Below, in pieces: positions 19,963 to 29,506 of a stretch of DNA of 43,723 bases. The stretch lies in the NCBI GenBank assembly GCA_030602375.1, contig JAUVZV010000003.1, positions 1 through 43,723 on the forward strand, read 5' to 3'. The stretch comes from Chloroflexota bacterium (GTDB lineage: Bacteria; Chloroflexota; Dehalococcoidia; Dehalococcoidales; JAUVZV01). Within the stretch, counting starts at the first letter, position 1, and each line of letters begins with the position of its first letter. The notes under the pieces are model-generated. The model saw nothing but the letters and a program-made list of their open reading frames with translations. It did not search any database and had not been told where the DNA came from. A program made the position numbers and the translations under genes.

Positions 19963-20802
19963 ATGGTGAAAGTTGTAACCGATAGCTGCGCTGACCTGTC
20001 CACCGAGATAGTCAAAGAATTAGGGATTTCCGTGGTGCCCCTAAATGTCTATTTTGGCGATGCGAGTTTCAAGGATGGGGTTGATATCACCGCTGAGGAA
20101 TTCTATGACCGGCTAATAAAAGGGCCAATCTTACCCAAAACAACAGCACCAGCACCGGGGGCTTTTATTGAAACCTATAGCCAGCTTGCTGCCGAAAGTG
20201 ATGAAATACTCTCTATCCATATTTCCCAAAAACTCAGCGGCACCTATAATTCTGTCTTGCTGGCTACGCAACAATTAAGCAAAGAATGCCGCGTAGAGGT
20301 GATTGACTCACTAATGGTCTCCATGGGTCAAGGGCTACTGGCGATTAAAGCCGCCAGAGCGGCGAAGGAAGGGGTAAAGCTTGACCAAATTGTAGATCTA
20401 GTTAAAAAAGCAATACCTAAAACACGTCTCTTTTTCCTCCTCGATACACTGGTATACCTGCATAAAGGGGGGCGACTGGGCAAAGCACAGGCGTTCTTAG
20501 GCTCACTACTTAACATTAAGCCATTATTACACATACAAGATGGTGAGGTTCATCCTCTAGAGAGGGTACGCAGCCGCCAGAAAGGGGTATCTCGCCTAAT
20601 TGAACTGGTAAAAGGGTCAACTCCTATCGAGGAACTAGCCCTAATGTACACTACTAACCCTGAGGGAGTTGAAACATTAAACACTGAACTGGCTCCGCTG
20701 GCACCGAAGGGGCACGTCTATAGAGCAAAAATAGGACCCACTATAGGTACCTACGCGGGTCCGGAAGCCATAGCTGTCGGGCTCATTGAAGGGGAAAAAT
20801 AA
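19963..20802 (+). CDS. DegV family fatty-acid-binding protein (FakB-like)
   Basis: VTDSCADL, SIHISQKLSGTYNS, YLHKGGRL and LNIKPLL motifs. Confidence 0.92.
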   Translation: MVKVVTDSCADLSTEIVKELGISVVPLNVYFGDASFKDGVDITAEEFYDRLIKGPILPKTTAPAPGAFIETYSQLAAESDEILSIHISQKLSGTYNSVLLATQQLSKECRVEVIDSLMVSMGQGLLAIKAARAAKEGVKLDQIVDLVKKAIPKTRLFFLLDTLVYLHKGGRLGKAQAFLGSLLNIKPLLHIQDGEVHPLERVRSRQKGVSRLIELVKGSTPIEELALMYTTNPEGVETLNTELAPLAPKGHVYRAKIGPTIGTYAGPEAIAVGLIEGEK

Positions 20803-20927
20803 ATCTAGAGAGAAAACCTGCCTCGGCAATTTGACGCTTCAGGTGGAGCCGCTTGGGTAGCAGGCCCTACCCTGCTTGCCTAATTCCTCAAGCAACTTGA
20901 TTACCTGGTACAACTTTAAAAGACCAC

Positions 20928-20955
20928 TTGACAAAATCCACTAACCGTATATAAT
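20928..20955 (+). promoter_or_regulatory. Sigma70 promoter of nrpR-hisF-gdhA
   Basis: TTGACA-16 nt-TATAAT. Confidence 0.7.
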
Positions 20956-20956
20956 A

Positions 20957-20970
20957 GGAAAAAGGTATCC
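20957..20970. promoter_or_regulatory. Putative NrpR operator
   Basis: GGAA-AAAGGT-ATCC, one mismatch to the GGAA-N6-TTCC NrpR site, immediately after the -10 box. Confidence 0.6.
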
Positions 20971-20991
20971 TTTTGCTTACAGGAGTGTTAG

Positions 20992-21984
20992 TTGGGTTTT
21001 GAAACGCAAGACATTGAGAGAAAGCTCTTTGCCATTCTCAAGATTCTGAGCAACTCCAAAGAAGCAGTGGGGGCAAGGGTTATTGCCCAGCGGCTGAAAG
21101 ACCTTGGCATTGAACTAGGCGAAAGAGCAGTAAGATATCACCTCAAACTAATGGATGAGCGAGGTCTAACCCAACTTGCAGGCAGAGACGGCAGATTGAT
21201 TACTTTTGCAGGGCTTGAGGAGTTAAAGAGTGCCCTAGTCAGAGATAAGGTTGGCTTCGCTCTCCCAAGGATAGAGCTACTTGCCGTCCGCACCAGTTTT
21301 GATTTGCACCAGCGTACCGGTTTCATCCCAGTCAACATATCTTTCTTCCCCAAAGAAGAATTCCAGAAGGCATTAAAGGTAATGAAACCTGTTTTCTCAG
21401 CCGGTCTCTGTGTTAGCGAGCTAGTGGCAGTAGCCCAAGGGGGAGAGACGATTGGTGAGTTAGTTATTCCCCAGGGTAAGATGGCCTTGGCCACAGTTTG
21501 CAGTATCGTGGTAAACGGCACCTTACTTAAGGCTGGTATCCCCATGAACTCAAGGTTTGGGGGAATACTGGAGATTCGAAATCACCAACCCCTTCGCTTT
21601 GCAGAGCTCATTCACTATGATGGCTGTTCCCTGGACCCTTCGGAGATATTCATCAGTGCAAAAATGACTTCGGTTACCGAAGTCGCCAAAAGGGGGGACG
21701 GGAAAATACTGGCTAACTTCCGTGAAATACCAGCTCGCTGCCGACCCATAGTTGAGGAGGTAGTCATCAAACTCAAGGAGGCTGGACTGGGGGGTCTATT
21801 AGTAATGGGAAATACCAGTGAACCAGTGTGTGAAATCCCCGTGGAACTTAATCGAATTGGCATCGTTCTCATCGGTGGTTTAAATCCCATTGCTGCTGCT
21901 GAGGAGTCTGGAATTGAGTCCGAAAATCACGCCATGAGTACCGTCGTTGAGTATCAAAACTTAATCAATATAAAGGGGCTTTAA
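20992..21984 (+). CDS. nrpR: NrpR-family nitrogen regulator (wHTH + single NRD/DUF128 domain)
   Basis: GARVIA..ERAVRYHLKLMDERGLT wHTH; ATVCSI, FGGILE, SLDPSEIF, LANFREIP and GGLNPIAA motifs. Confidence 0.85.
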   Translation: MGFETQDIERKLFAILKILSNSKEAVGARVIAQRLKDLGIELGERAVRYHLKLMDERGLTQLAGRDGRLITFAGLEELKSALVRDKVGFALPRIELLAVRTSFDLHQRTGFIPVNISFFPKEEFQKALKVMKPVFSAGLCVSELVAVAQGGETIGELVIPQGKMALATVCSIVVNGTLLKAGIPMNSRFGGILEIRNHQPLRFAELIHYDGCSLDPSEIFISAKMTSVTEVAKRGDGKILANFREIPARCRPIVEEVVIKLKEAGLGGLLVMGNTSEPVCEIPVELNRIGIVLIGGLNPIAAAEESGIESENHAMSTVVEYQNLINIKGL

Positions 21985-21985
21985 G

Positions 21986-22756
21986 ATGGAAGTAGTAAAG
22001 ATTATACCTTGTCTAGATGTTAAGGAAGGAAGGGTAGTTAAAGGGGTCAACTTTATTAACCTTAAAGATGCCCGTGACCCGGTGGAAGCAGCCGAAGCCT
22101 ACTGCCGGGAGGGTGCTGATGAACTCGTCTTTCTTGACATCTTTGCCACTCTAGAGAACAGGAAAACAAGACTGGATTGGGTTAGGAAAGTAGCCGAAAA
22201 ACTTACCATTCCCTTTACTGTAGGTGGTGGCATCGCCAGTATTGAGGATATGAAGGCACTATTTGAGCTTGGTGTAGATAAAGTGTCAATCAACACCGCC
22301 GCGGTTAGGAATCCTAAACTGGTAAGGGAAGCCTCAAAAGAGTTTGGTAAGGGGAGGCTGGTTGTGGCTGTTGACGGGAGAAAGAACCCGCCCGAGAGTG
22401 GCCTGCCGCGACTGGAAGTAGTGGTCAAGAGTGGCACCGAGTCCACCGGCATGGAGATTACCAGTTGGGCAAAAAGGGTGGAGGAATTGGGGGCTGGGGA
22501 GATCTTACTCACCAGCAAGGATACTGACGGCACTAAAGAAGGCTATGACCTAGAAATGACAAAAGCGGTGGCTGAAGCAGTAGCGGTACCGGTTACAGCT
22601 TCGGGGGGTGCTGGCAAACTGGAGCACCTTTATCAAGCGGTAACAATTGGCAAAGCATCAGCGGTGCTGGCTGCTTCTGTCTTCCACTTCGGGGAAATAT
22701 CTATCCCCCAAGCCAAAAAATACCTTAAAGAAAAAGGAATACCGGTAATCACATAA
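21986..22756 (+). CDS. hisF: Imidazole glycerol phosphate synthase cyclase subunit
   Basis: IIPCLDV, DELVFLDI, PFTVGGGI, DKVSINTAA, GEILLTS and ASGGAG motifs. Confidence 0.92.
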   Translation: MEVVKIIPCLDVKEGRVVKGVNFINLKDARDPVEAAEAYCREGADELVFLDIFATLENRKTRLDWVRKVAEKLTIPFTVGGGIASIEDMKALFELGVDKVSINTAAVRNPKLVREASKEFGKGRLVVAVDGRKNPPESGLPRLEVVVKSGTESTGMEITSWAKRVEELGAGEILLTSKDTDGTKEGYDLEMTKAVAEAVAVPVTASGGAGKLEHLYQAVTIGKASAVLAASVFHFGEISIPQAKKYLKEKGIPVIT

Positions 22757-22780
22757 CAGGCGATAGAAAGGAGCATATTA

Positions 22781-24034
22781 ATGAACAAAAAACCACCGAA
22801 TTTATTTGAAATGGCCCAGGCTCAGTTGGATGAAGTGGCTAGTATATTGAATCTGGAGCCTAGTGTCCATGCTATTCTCAGAGAACCAATGAGGGAATTT
22901 CATGTATCTATACCGGTGAAGATGGATGATGGGCAGACTAAAGTTTTCAAAGGGTTTAGGGTTCAGCATAATAATGCTCGTGGCCCTTACAAAGGGGGTA
23001 TTAGGTTCCACCCCGAAGAGACAATTGATGTTGTTAAAGCCTTGGCCGCTTGGATGACCTGGAAATGTGCTGTAGTAGATATTCCACTTGGAGGTGGTAA
23101 AGGGGGCGTTATTTGCAATCCCAAAGAGATGTCTAGTGCTGAATTGGAAAGGTTAAGCCGCGGCTATATAGATGCGATATGGGAGTTTATTGGTCCTGAT
23201 AGAGACATCCCGGCACCAGATGTATATACCAATCCGCAGATAATGGGGTGGATGATGGACGAGTATTCAAAACGCAAAGGTTATTGCGCTCCAGGCGTAA
23301 TAACAGGAAAGCCTTTGAATATAGGTGGCTCACTGGGCCGCGGTGATGCCACAGCTCGCGGCGGAGTACATACCATAATAGAAGCAGCCAAGCATTTAGA
23401 TATTGATCTGTCAGCAGCAACAGTGGCAATTCAGGGCTATGGTAATGCTGGCTCTAATGCCGCCATTTTGATGCATGACCTTACGAAGTCCAAGATTGTA
23501 GCCGTTAGTGACTCCAAAGGCGGCATCTATAATAGGCAAGGCTTAGACCCACACAAGGTTTTGCAGCATAAAGCAGAAACAGGCTCAGTTATAAACGTTC
23601 GCCAGGGAGAAAATATCAGTAATAGTGAACTGCTGGAACTAAAGGTTGATATACTATGCCCGGCGGGGCTAGAGACTGTTCTAACTGAGGAAAATGCCCC
23701 TAGAATCAAGGCGAAGATAGTAGCCGAATTAGCCAACGGACCAACTACCCCTGAGGCTGATGAGGTCTTATACCACAATGGAGTATTTGGCATACCTGAT
23801 TTCCTCTGCAATGCTGGAGGGGTCACTGTTTCCTATTTTGAGTGGGTTCAAAGCTTAAATAGATATTATTGGGATGAGAATGAGGTTCACCAGCGACTCA
23901 GTAAACATATGACGAAAGCATTCCAAGATGTTTTGTCTGAACATTTGAAGCGTAAGGTTAATATGAGATCAGCGGCTTATATTATTGCTGTAACTCGCGT
24001 GGCAGAAGCAATGAAACTTCGTGGTTGGGTATAA
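22781..24034 (+). CDS. gdhA: Glu/Leu/Phe/Val dehydrogenase (glutamate dehydrogenase)
   Basis: [36 protein letters not shown] and [12 protein letters not shown] motifs. Confidence 0.93.
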   Translation: MNKKPPNLFEMAQAQLDEVASILNLEPSVHAILREPMREFHVSIPVKMDDGQTKVFKGFRVQHNNARGPYKGGIRFHPEETIDVVKALAAWMTWKCAVVDIPLGGGKGGVICNPKEMSSAELERLSRGYIDAIWEFIGPDRDIPAPDVYTNPQIMGWMMDEYSKRKGYCAPGVITGKPLNIGGSLGRGDATARGGVHTIIEAAKHLDIDLSAATVAIQGYGNAGSNAAILMHDLTKSKIVAVSDSKGGIYNRQGLDPHKVLQHKAETGSVINVRQGENISNSELLELKVDILCPAGLETVLTEENAPRIKAKIVAELANGPTTPEADEVLYHNGVFGIPDFLCNAGGVTVSYFEWVQSLNRYYWDENEVHQRLSKHMTKAFQDVLSEHLKRKVNMRSAAYIIAVTRVAEAMKLRGWV

Positions 24035-24122
24035 GGCAGACACAGACAAAACCAACTTCAGTTAGCAACCTCTAGCATTTTCTGTAGCTAGCTTTTTGAT
24101 TGAGTCTCTACTTGGCAATTCT

Positions 24123-25163
24123 TCAGAGGATTAGCATGGCATCACCAAAGCTGTAGAAACGATATCTCTCGGCTATGGCCTGCTCGTAGGCTCGTTTAAT
24201 AAAATCTTTACCAGCAAAGGCGGTAACCAACATAAGTAGCGTTGACTTTGGCAGATGAAAGTTAGTTAAAAGTGCATCTATGATGCGGAACTGGTAGCCG
24301 GGTAGGATAAACAAGCTAACCCAGCCTTCAAACGCCTCAAGTCGAGACGGTTTGCTAAACTGGGCTAAATGCTCCACCAGCCTGACGCTAGTAGTACCAA
24401 CACAAATAACCCTTCGCCCCTCCGCTTTGGCCCGAGATAGTTTGCTAGCTACCTCCTCACTTACGACACCATATTCCTGATAAATATGATGCTCCTTAGG
24501 GTCTTCAACTCTAACTGGCCGAAAGGTGTCAAGCCCAATATGAAGGGTTAGAGATAGGCAGCAAACCCCCTTTTGCTCTATCTTGCCTAGAAGCTCTGGG
24601 GTGAAATGCAACCCAGCAGTGGGTGCAGCGACACTACCATTAACACTGGCATAAACCGTCTGATAACGCTCCGGGTTAGCCAGAGGGACGTGTATATACG
24701 GAGGCAAAGCAGTCTCACCCAGCTCTGATAGCCGGCTTTCATCAGAAAGGTTTATTATCTTTATGCCATCCTGCCTCTGTCCGATTACCTCAGCTATAAC
24801 CTTAGGTCTAGGGACATTACCAGTTAAAGAGTTTATCTCAATCTTGGCACCAATTTTAAGCCGCCTGCTGGGCCTTGCTAGTGCCTCCCAAGAACCCTCA
24901 TCAAGCCGACGCAATAGTAGAACCTCGGTATTAGCTCCGCTACCTGCTTTTTTCCCTTTAAGACGAGCCGGAATAACACGGCTATCGTTAAATACCAGAA
25001 CGTCCCCAGCCTTCAGATAATCAATAAGGTCAACAAAGCCACGGTGCTGGATTAAACCGTTGCTGCGGTCTAGCACCATCATCCGTGACCCGTCCCTTGG
25101 TTCAACTGGGGTCTGGGCAATAAGCTCGGGTGGGAGGGAATAGTCAAAATCACTAGTTTTCAC
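24123..25163 (-). CDS. queA: SAM:tRNA ribosyltransferase-isomerase
   Basis: LIAQTP, LPPYI, AAPTAGLHFT, TNFHLPKSTL and YRFYSFGDAM motifs. Confidence 0.97.
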   Translation of the reverse strand: MKTSDFDYSLPPELIAQTPVEPRDGSRMMVLDRSNGLIQHRGFVDLIDYLKAGDVLVFNDSRVIPARLKGKKAGSGANTEVLLLRRLDEGSWEALARPSRRLKIGAKIEINSLTGNVPRPKVIAEVIGQRQDGIKIINLSDESRLSELGETALPPYIHVPLANPERYQTVYASVNGSVAAPTAGLHFTPELLGKIEQKGVCCLSLTLHIGLDTFRPVRVEDPKEHHIYQEYGVVSEEVASKLSRAKAEGRRVICVGTTSVRLVEHLAQFSKPSRLEAFEGWVSLFILPGYQFRIIDALLTNFHLPKSTLLMLVTAFAGKDFIKRAYEQAIAERYRFYSFGDAMLIL

Positions 25164-25377
25164 TCAGGTTCACCCTATTTAAGCTATTTACCAATAAGCC
25201 GTAAAGTCAGGCTGATAACCCTAAAATATTTCTGGACTAATAGTATACAGCCTGCTCAACTGAAAAGGCAATTCAGAACCTATGTCTGGGTATCTTTAAA
25301 GGCAGGGTTTCTTGATGGCTCCCTTTTGTATATGATAGAATCTGTTGGGCATCTAGTTTTATTCCCCCGAGGATTAA

Positions 25378-25806
25378 ATGGCGCAAGATTCAGAGTGGGA
25401 GCCAAAGTTAGTTGGTTTTCTGTGCCGGTGGTGCAGTTATGCTGGTGCCGACTTGGCTGGAACCAGCCGTAAGAAATATCCAGCCAATATCGGGATAATA
25501 AAAGTCCCCTGCTCAGGGAGGGTTGACCCACTCTTTATTCTAAAAGCCCTGCGCCTAGGTTTTGATGGCGTCTTGGTCTCAGGATGCCATCCCGGTGAGT
25601 GTCATTACCAGACAGGAAATTACCGTGCCCGGAGGAAAATAGCCCTAACCAAGAAGTTCCTTGAGTATATGGGGATTGACCCACGCCGACTTCAGGCCAG
25701 CTGGATTTCGGCCTCAGAAGGGGGAAAATTCACCGAGGTAACAACTCAAGTGACCAAAGAACTGAAAGAAGCTGGCCCCAATGAGCTTTTTGCCGATGAC
25801 AAATAG
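25378..25806 (+). CDS. mvhD: MvhD/FlxD-like [2Fe-2S] protein
   Basis: FLCRWCSYAGAD, VPCSGRVDP and SGCHPGECHY motifs. Confidence 0.9.
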   Translation: MAQDSEWEPKLVGFLCRWCSYAGADLAGTSRKKYPANIGIIKVPCSGRVDPLFILKALRLGFDGVLVSGCHPGECHYQTGNYRARRKIALTKKFLEYMGIDPRRLQASWISASEGGKFTEVTTQVTKELKEAGPNELFADDK

Positions 25807-26761
25807 AGAGGCAGAACAGAGACTAAGGGACGAGGCAAAATCACTCCTGGAGTCAGCAAAGGTTGACTATATCGTTGGCTTTGCTGATGGCAGCCTAAAG
25901 TTTCATACCACCCCCCTAATTACCCGAAATAAGGATGATGTTGACCACCTGGTAATCAATCCCTTTATGGCAAGTAACCTGGCTAAATTTCTGACCGAGC
26001 TTGAGGGGAGGGTCGGGATTGTAGCCAAAGGCTGTGACAGCCGTTCCATTGTCAGCCTGGTGCAGGACAACAAGGTAAGCAGAGAAAAGGTAGTGATAGT
26101 TGGCATCCCGTGTCGGGGAATGATTAACCTAAGTAAGATAGAACAGTTAGCGGGTAAGGAGAGTGATGAGATTGATGATATTACCCGCCAAGGTGACAAG
26201 GTAGTGGTAAAGTTAGATGGCAGTGAGAAGGAAATTCCAGTTAAGGAAGTCCTTTTTGACCATTGCCTTGCCTGTGAACTGCCGACACCGAAGGAATATG
26301 ACCTGCTTATTGATGAACCCATCCCAGCCACCCCCGATGAAGAAGCCAGCCAAGCCAAGATAAATAAGCTTGAAGAGCTCTCCCATCATGAGCGGTGGAG
26401 GTTTTGGCAAAATGAATTTAGCCGCTGTATTCGGTGTTATGCCTGCCGCAATGTATGCCCCGCCTGCTATTGCCAGCGGTGCTTTGTTGAAGAGGCTGAG
26501 CCCCAGTGGATACTTTCGATACCAAAGTGGCAGGATAACCTCATCTTCCAGATAATCAGAAACATCCACCTTGCCGGCAGATGCACCGACTGTGGTGAGT
26601 GTGAGCGAGCTTGCCCGGTAAATATACCACTGAGAAGCCTGAGTAAAGAGATGTATGACCTAGTAGGCGAGCTGTTTGGGTTCAAGTCAGGGATGGAAAT
26701 AGACGCCGCACCACTACTAACCCACTACGAACTTGAGGAGGCGGAGGATTTCTTCAGGTAA
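25796..26761 (+). CDS. FlxC-like 4Fe-4S protein (FrhB/FdhB-related)
   Basis: KGCDSRS, CIRCYACRNVCPACYC and HLAGRCTDCGECERACP motifs. Start may be 25781. Confidence 0.8.
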   Translation: MTNREAEQRLRDEAKSLLESAKVDYIVGFADGSLKFHTTPLITRNKDDVDHLVINPFMASNLAKFLTELEGRVGIVAKGCDSRSIVSLVQDNKVSREKVVIVGIPCRGMINLSKIEQLAGKESDEIDDITRQGDKVVVKLDGSEKEIPVKEVLFDHCLACELPTPKEYDLLIDEPIPATPDEEASQAKINKLEELSHHERWRFWQNEFSRCIRCYACRNVCPACYCQRCFVEEAEPQWILSIPKWQDNLIFQIIRNIHLAGRCTDCGECERACPVNIPLRSLSKEMYDLVGELFGFKSGMEIDAAPLLTHYELEEAEDFFR

Positions 26762-26763
26762 AA

Positions 26764-27792
26764 GTGATGAATCAGAAGATAAGCAAAAAAGATATAAGTA
26801 AACTCCTCGATGAATTGGGTAAGGAATTTAAGGTTTTTTCCCCGTCAAGAGAAAGTGGGGTGACTACTTTTGCCGAGTGGGATGGTAGGGACAGTAGCTT
26901 TCTTGAGTGGTACCGAAATACTGTTATTTCACCCAAGGCTCAATTGCAGCCCCTCTACGAGAAAATGTTTAGCTTCCACAAGGACAAGGAGGGTTACCAC
27001 CTGGAACTACCACCACCCACAGATAAAAAGCTTATTTTCGGTATCCGCCCTTGTGATGCTAAAGCCTTGACGATAATAGACAAGACCTTTCAGGATACCT
27101 ACCAAGACCCATATTATCTAGACAAGAGAAAGAATACCTTGTTAGTCGGGCTGGGGTGCACTAATCCCTATGATAGCTGCTTTTGCACCTCGCTTGGCTT
27201 AAGTCCCACCCAATCAAGTGATGTTGACCTGATGCTTACTGATATCGGCGATGAGTTTTTAATCGAGGCGGTTACCGATAGGGGTATGAAATTAATCAAG
27301 AAGACTAGTTACCTTAAAGAGGTAACCAAAACCGATGAAGCTAAAGCAGAAGAGGCAAGAAGGCAAGCCTCCTCTAAGGTAACCAGAAGGCTAGATACTA
27401 AAGATTTAGCAAAGAGGTTGCTTTCAAGTTTTGATGACCAGGACTTCTGGGAGAAGGTATCAAATAAGTGTATAAGTTGTGGCATCTGCACCCTGCTCTG
27501 CCCGACCTGCTATTGTTTTGATATCAGTGACGAGCTGGTTAAAAAAGAGGGCTCCAGATTTAGAAGTGGTGATAGCTGTGCTTTTCCCGTCTACACCAAA
27601 ATGCCAATGGAAAACCCGAGGCTTGAGAAGTGGCGGCGGGTGAGACAGAAGGTATGTCATAAATACGAGTTTTACCCGATGAGCTTTGAAGTTATCGCCT
27701 GCAGTGGCTGTGGCCGTTGTATCCGCCTTTGCCCGGTGAATTGGGACATTACCCAGATACTAGCCAGCTTGCCAGTTAAAGTGAAAGCCTAA
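26764..27792 (+). CDS. FlxB-like 4Fe-4S protein (AsrA/HydB-related)
   Basis: FGIRPCD, CFCTS, CISCGICTLLCPTCYCF and CSGCGRCIRLCPV motifs. Confidence 0.82.
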   Translation: MMNQKISKKDISKLLDELGKEFKVFSPSRESGVTTFAEWDGRDSSFLEWYRNTVISPKAQLQPLYEKMFSFHKDKEGYHLELPPPTDKKLIFGIRPCDAKALTIIDKTFQDTYQDPYYLDKRKNTLLVGLGCTNPYDSCFCTSLGLSPTQSSDVDLMLTDIGDEFLIEAVTDRGMKLIKKTSYLKEVTKTDEAKAEEARRQASSKVTRRLDTKDLAKRLLSSFDDQDFWEKVSNKCISCGICTLLCPTCYCFDISDELVKKEGSRFRSGDSCAFPVYTKMPMENPRLEKWRRVRQKVCHKYEFYPMSFEVIACSGCGRCIRLCPVNWDITQILASLPVKVKA

Positions 27793-27818
27793 GCCTATCT
27801 AGTTGGAGAAACTATAAG

Positions 27819-28691
27819 ATGCCGGTTAGCGATATAAGCTACAGGAAGAGATTCTTGACTAAAGATAATGTTTACCTGCCGCACCTGGTGATAATTGAAA
27901 AGATAATTGATGAAACCCCTGATACCAGAACCTTTCACTTCAATTTTAAGGACAAGGGGCTTAGAGAGGAGTTCCCCTTCAAGTCAGGGCAGTTCGGCGA
28001 ATACTCCATCTTTGGCATCGGTGAAGCCCCGTTCTGTATTTCGTCAAGCCCAACAAGATACGACCGTCTGGAATTTACCGTCCGCCGTGTCGGCAGTCTA
28101 ACCAATGCCCTGCACCGGCTCAGTGTTGGCGCCGAGATTGGCTTCAGAGGACCCTATGGTAATGGTTTTCCGCTGGACCTCCTTGAAGATAAAAACCTGG
28201 TCTTTGTTGCCGGTGGCATCGGGTTAGCCCCGCTGCGGTCTCTAATCTGGAATGTCATTGATAATAGAGATAAGTATAAGAATATAGATATTATCTATGG
28301 CGCTCGCAGCCCGGCTGACCTCTGCTTCAAGTATGATTTAAAAAACTGGGATAAAGATAAGTCGATAAATATGGTAACCACCGTGGATAAGGGCGATAAA
28401 ACCTGGAAAGGGAGGGTGGGGTTTGTCCCCCAGGTGCTGGAGGAGGTAGCCCCCTCGGCAGATAGCGCGGTAGCTATCGCTTGTGGGCCGTCGATTATGA
28501 TAAGATTTACCTTTCCGGTGCTGGCCAAACTTGGTTTTACTCCGGAGCAGATGATAACCACCCTGGAGAAGAGGATGAAGTGCGGTATCGGCAAGTGTGG
28601 CCGATGTAACATTGGTAATCTCTATGTCTGCCGGGATGGGCCAGTATTTACCTATGCTCAGATTAAAGATTTCATCTCTGACGAGTATTAA
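27819..28691 (+). CDS. FlxA-like FAD/NAD(P)-binding [2Fe-2S] oxidoreductase (AsrB/PyrK-related)
   Basis: RGPYGNGF, AGGIGLAPLRS and MKCGIGKCGRC..CRDGPVF motifs. Confidence 0.85.
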   Translation: MPVSDISYRKRFLTKDNVYLPHLVIIEKIIDETPDTRTFHFNFKDKGLREEFPFKSGQFGEYSIFGIGEAPFCISSSPTRYDRLEFTVRRVGSLTNALHRLSVGAEIGFRGPYGNGFPLDLLEDKNLVFVAGGIGLAPLRSLIWNVIDNRDKYKNIDIIYGARSPADLCFKYDLKNWDKDKSINMVTTVDKGDKTWKGRVGFVPQVLEEVAPSADSAVAIACGPSIMIRFTFPVLAKLGFTPEQMITTLEKRMKCGIGKCGRCNIGNLYVCRDGPVFTYAQIKDFISDEY

Positions 28692-28702
28692 AGAATACTA
28701 TA

Positions 28703-29506
28703 ATGAAGATTCTGGTAACCAATGATGATGGCATCTTTGCCGAAGGGCTGTGGATGCTGGTTGAGGCACTAAGGGACATGGCTCAGGTAGCAGTTGTAGC
28801 CCCGGATAGAGAGCAGAGTGCCATTGGCACGGCGGTTACCCTGCGCCAGCCACTGAGGGTGCGAAAAATAAAACCTCCGGTCCCAGAGGTAGAGGCCTAC
28901 TCGGTAGAAGGCACTCCGGCTGACAGCGTCATCCTAGCTTTAGGCAAGCTGATTAAGGATAAAATAGATATGATTGTTTCCGGCATCAACCAAGGGCCAA
29001 ATTTAGGTGATGACGTGTTTATCTCGGGGACAGTTAGCGCTGCCCTGCAGGGGTATCTACATGGCCTTCCCGCCCTTGCTATTTCAGCAACTAATGCGGA
29101 CAGCCTCAATCTCAAGGAGGCAGCTAAGTTTGCTGTCCTAATGGTAAAGGGGATTAGCTCCAATCCCCTGGCAGCAGATGCCTTGCTTAATGTAAATCTG
29201 CCCGGTCTGCCCTTGGCCAAAGTAAAAGGGGTAAAAATCACCACCTTAGCCAGCAAAAGCCACACCGACACAGTTGAGGAAGGACATGATGGAAAACATG
29301 CCTACTACTGGCTGGTACGCCAAAAAGTAAACCGCGGTGCCCTTAAGACAACTGATATCGGGGCAATTGAGCAGGGTCATATTTCCATCACCCCCCTGCA
29401 TAGTAACCTGAAGAGCAAATCCTCATCTTCCACAATAGAAGATTTATGTGCCAAACTGCTAGATGACTTACGGGAATTAGCCAATACCAAAAGGAGGGGA
29501 ATATGA
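28703..29506 (+). CDS. surE: 5'/3'-nucleotidase SurE
   Basis: ILVTNDDG, GTPADSV, SGINQGPNLG and SGTV motifs. Confidence 0.95.
   Translation: MKILVTNDDGIFAEGLWMLVEALRDMAQVAVVAPDREQSAIGTAVTLRQPLRVRKIKPPVPEVEAYSVEGTPADSVILALGKLIKDKIDMIVSGINQGPNLGDDVFISGTVSAALQGYLHGLPALAISATNADSLNLKEAAKFAVLMVKGISSNPLAADALLNVNLPGLPLAKVKGVKITTLASKSHTDTVEEGHDGKHAYYWLVRQKVNRGALKTTDIGAIEQGHISITPLHSNLKSKSSSSTIEDLCAKLLDDLRELANTKRRGI

Noticed and set aside
20803-20927. Possible glutamine riboswitch or sRNA upstream of nrpR (GGGTAG-CAGGCC-CTACCC hairpin)
   Set aside because: It lies upstream of the nrpR promoter and lacks glnA-motif consensus; just a small hairpin.
25378-25806. Selenocysteine in MvhD or other redox genes
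   Set aside because: All expected ligands are Cys codons; no in-frame TGA at a conserved Cys position was seen.
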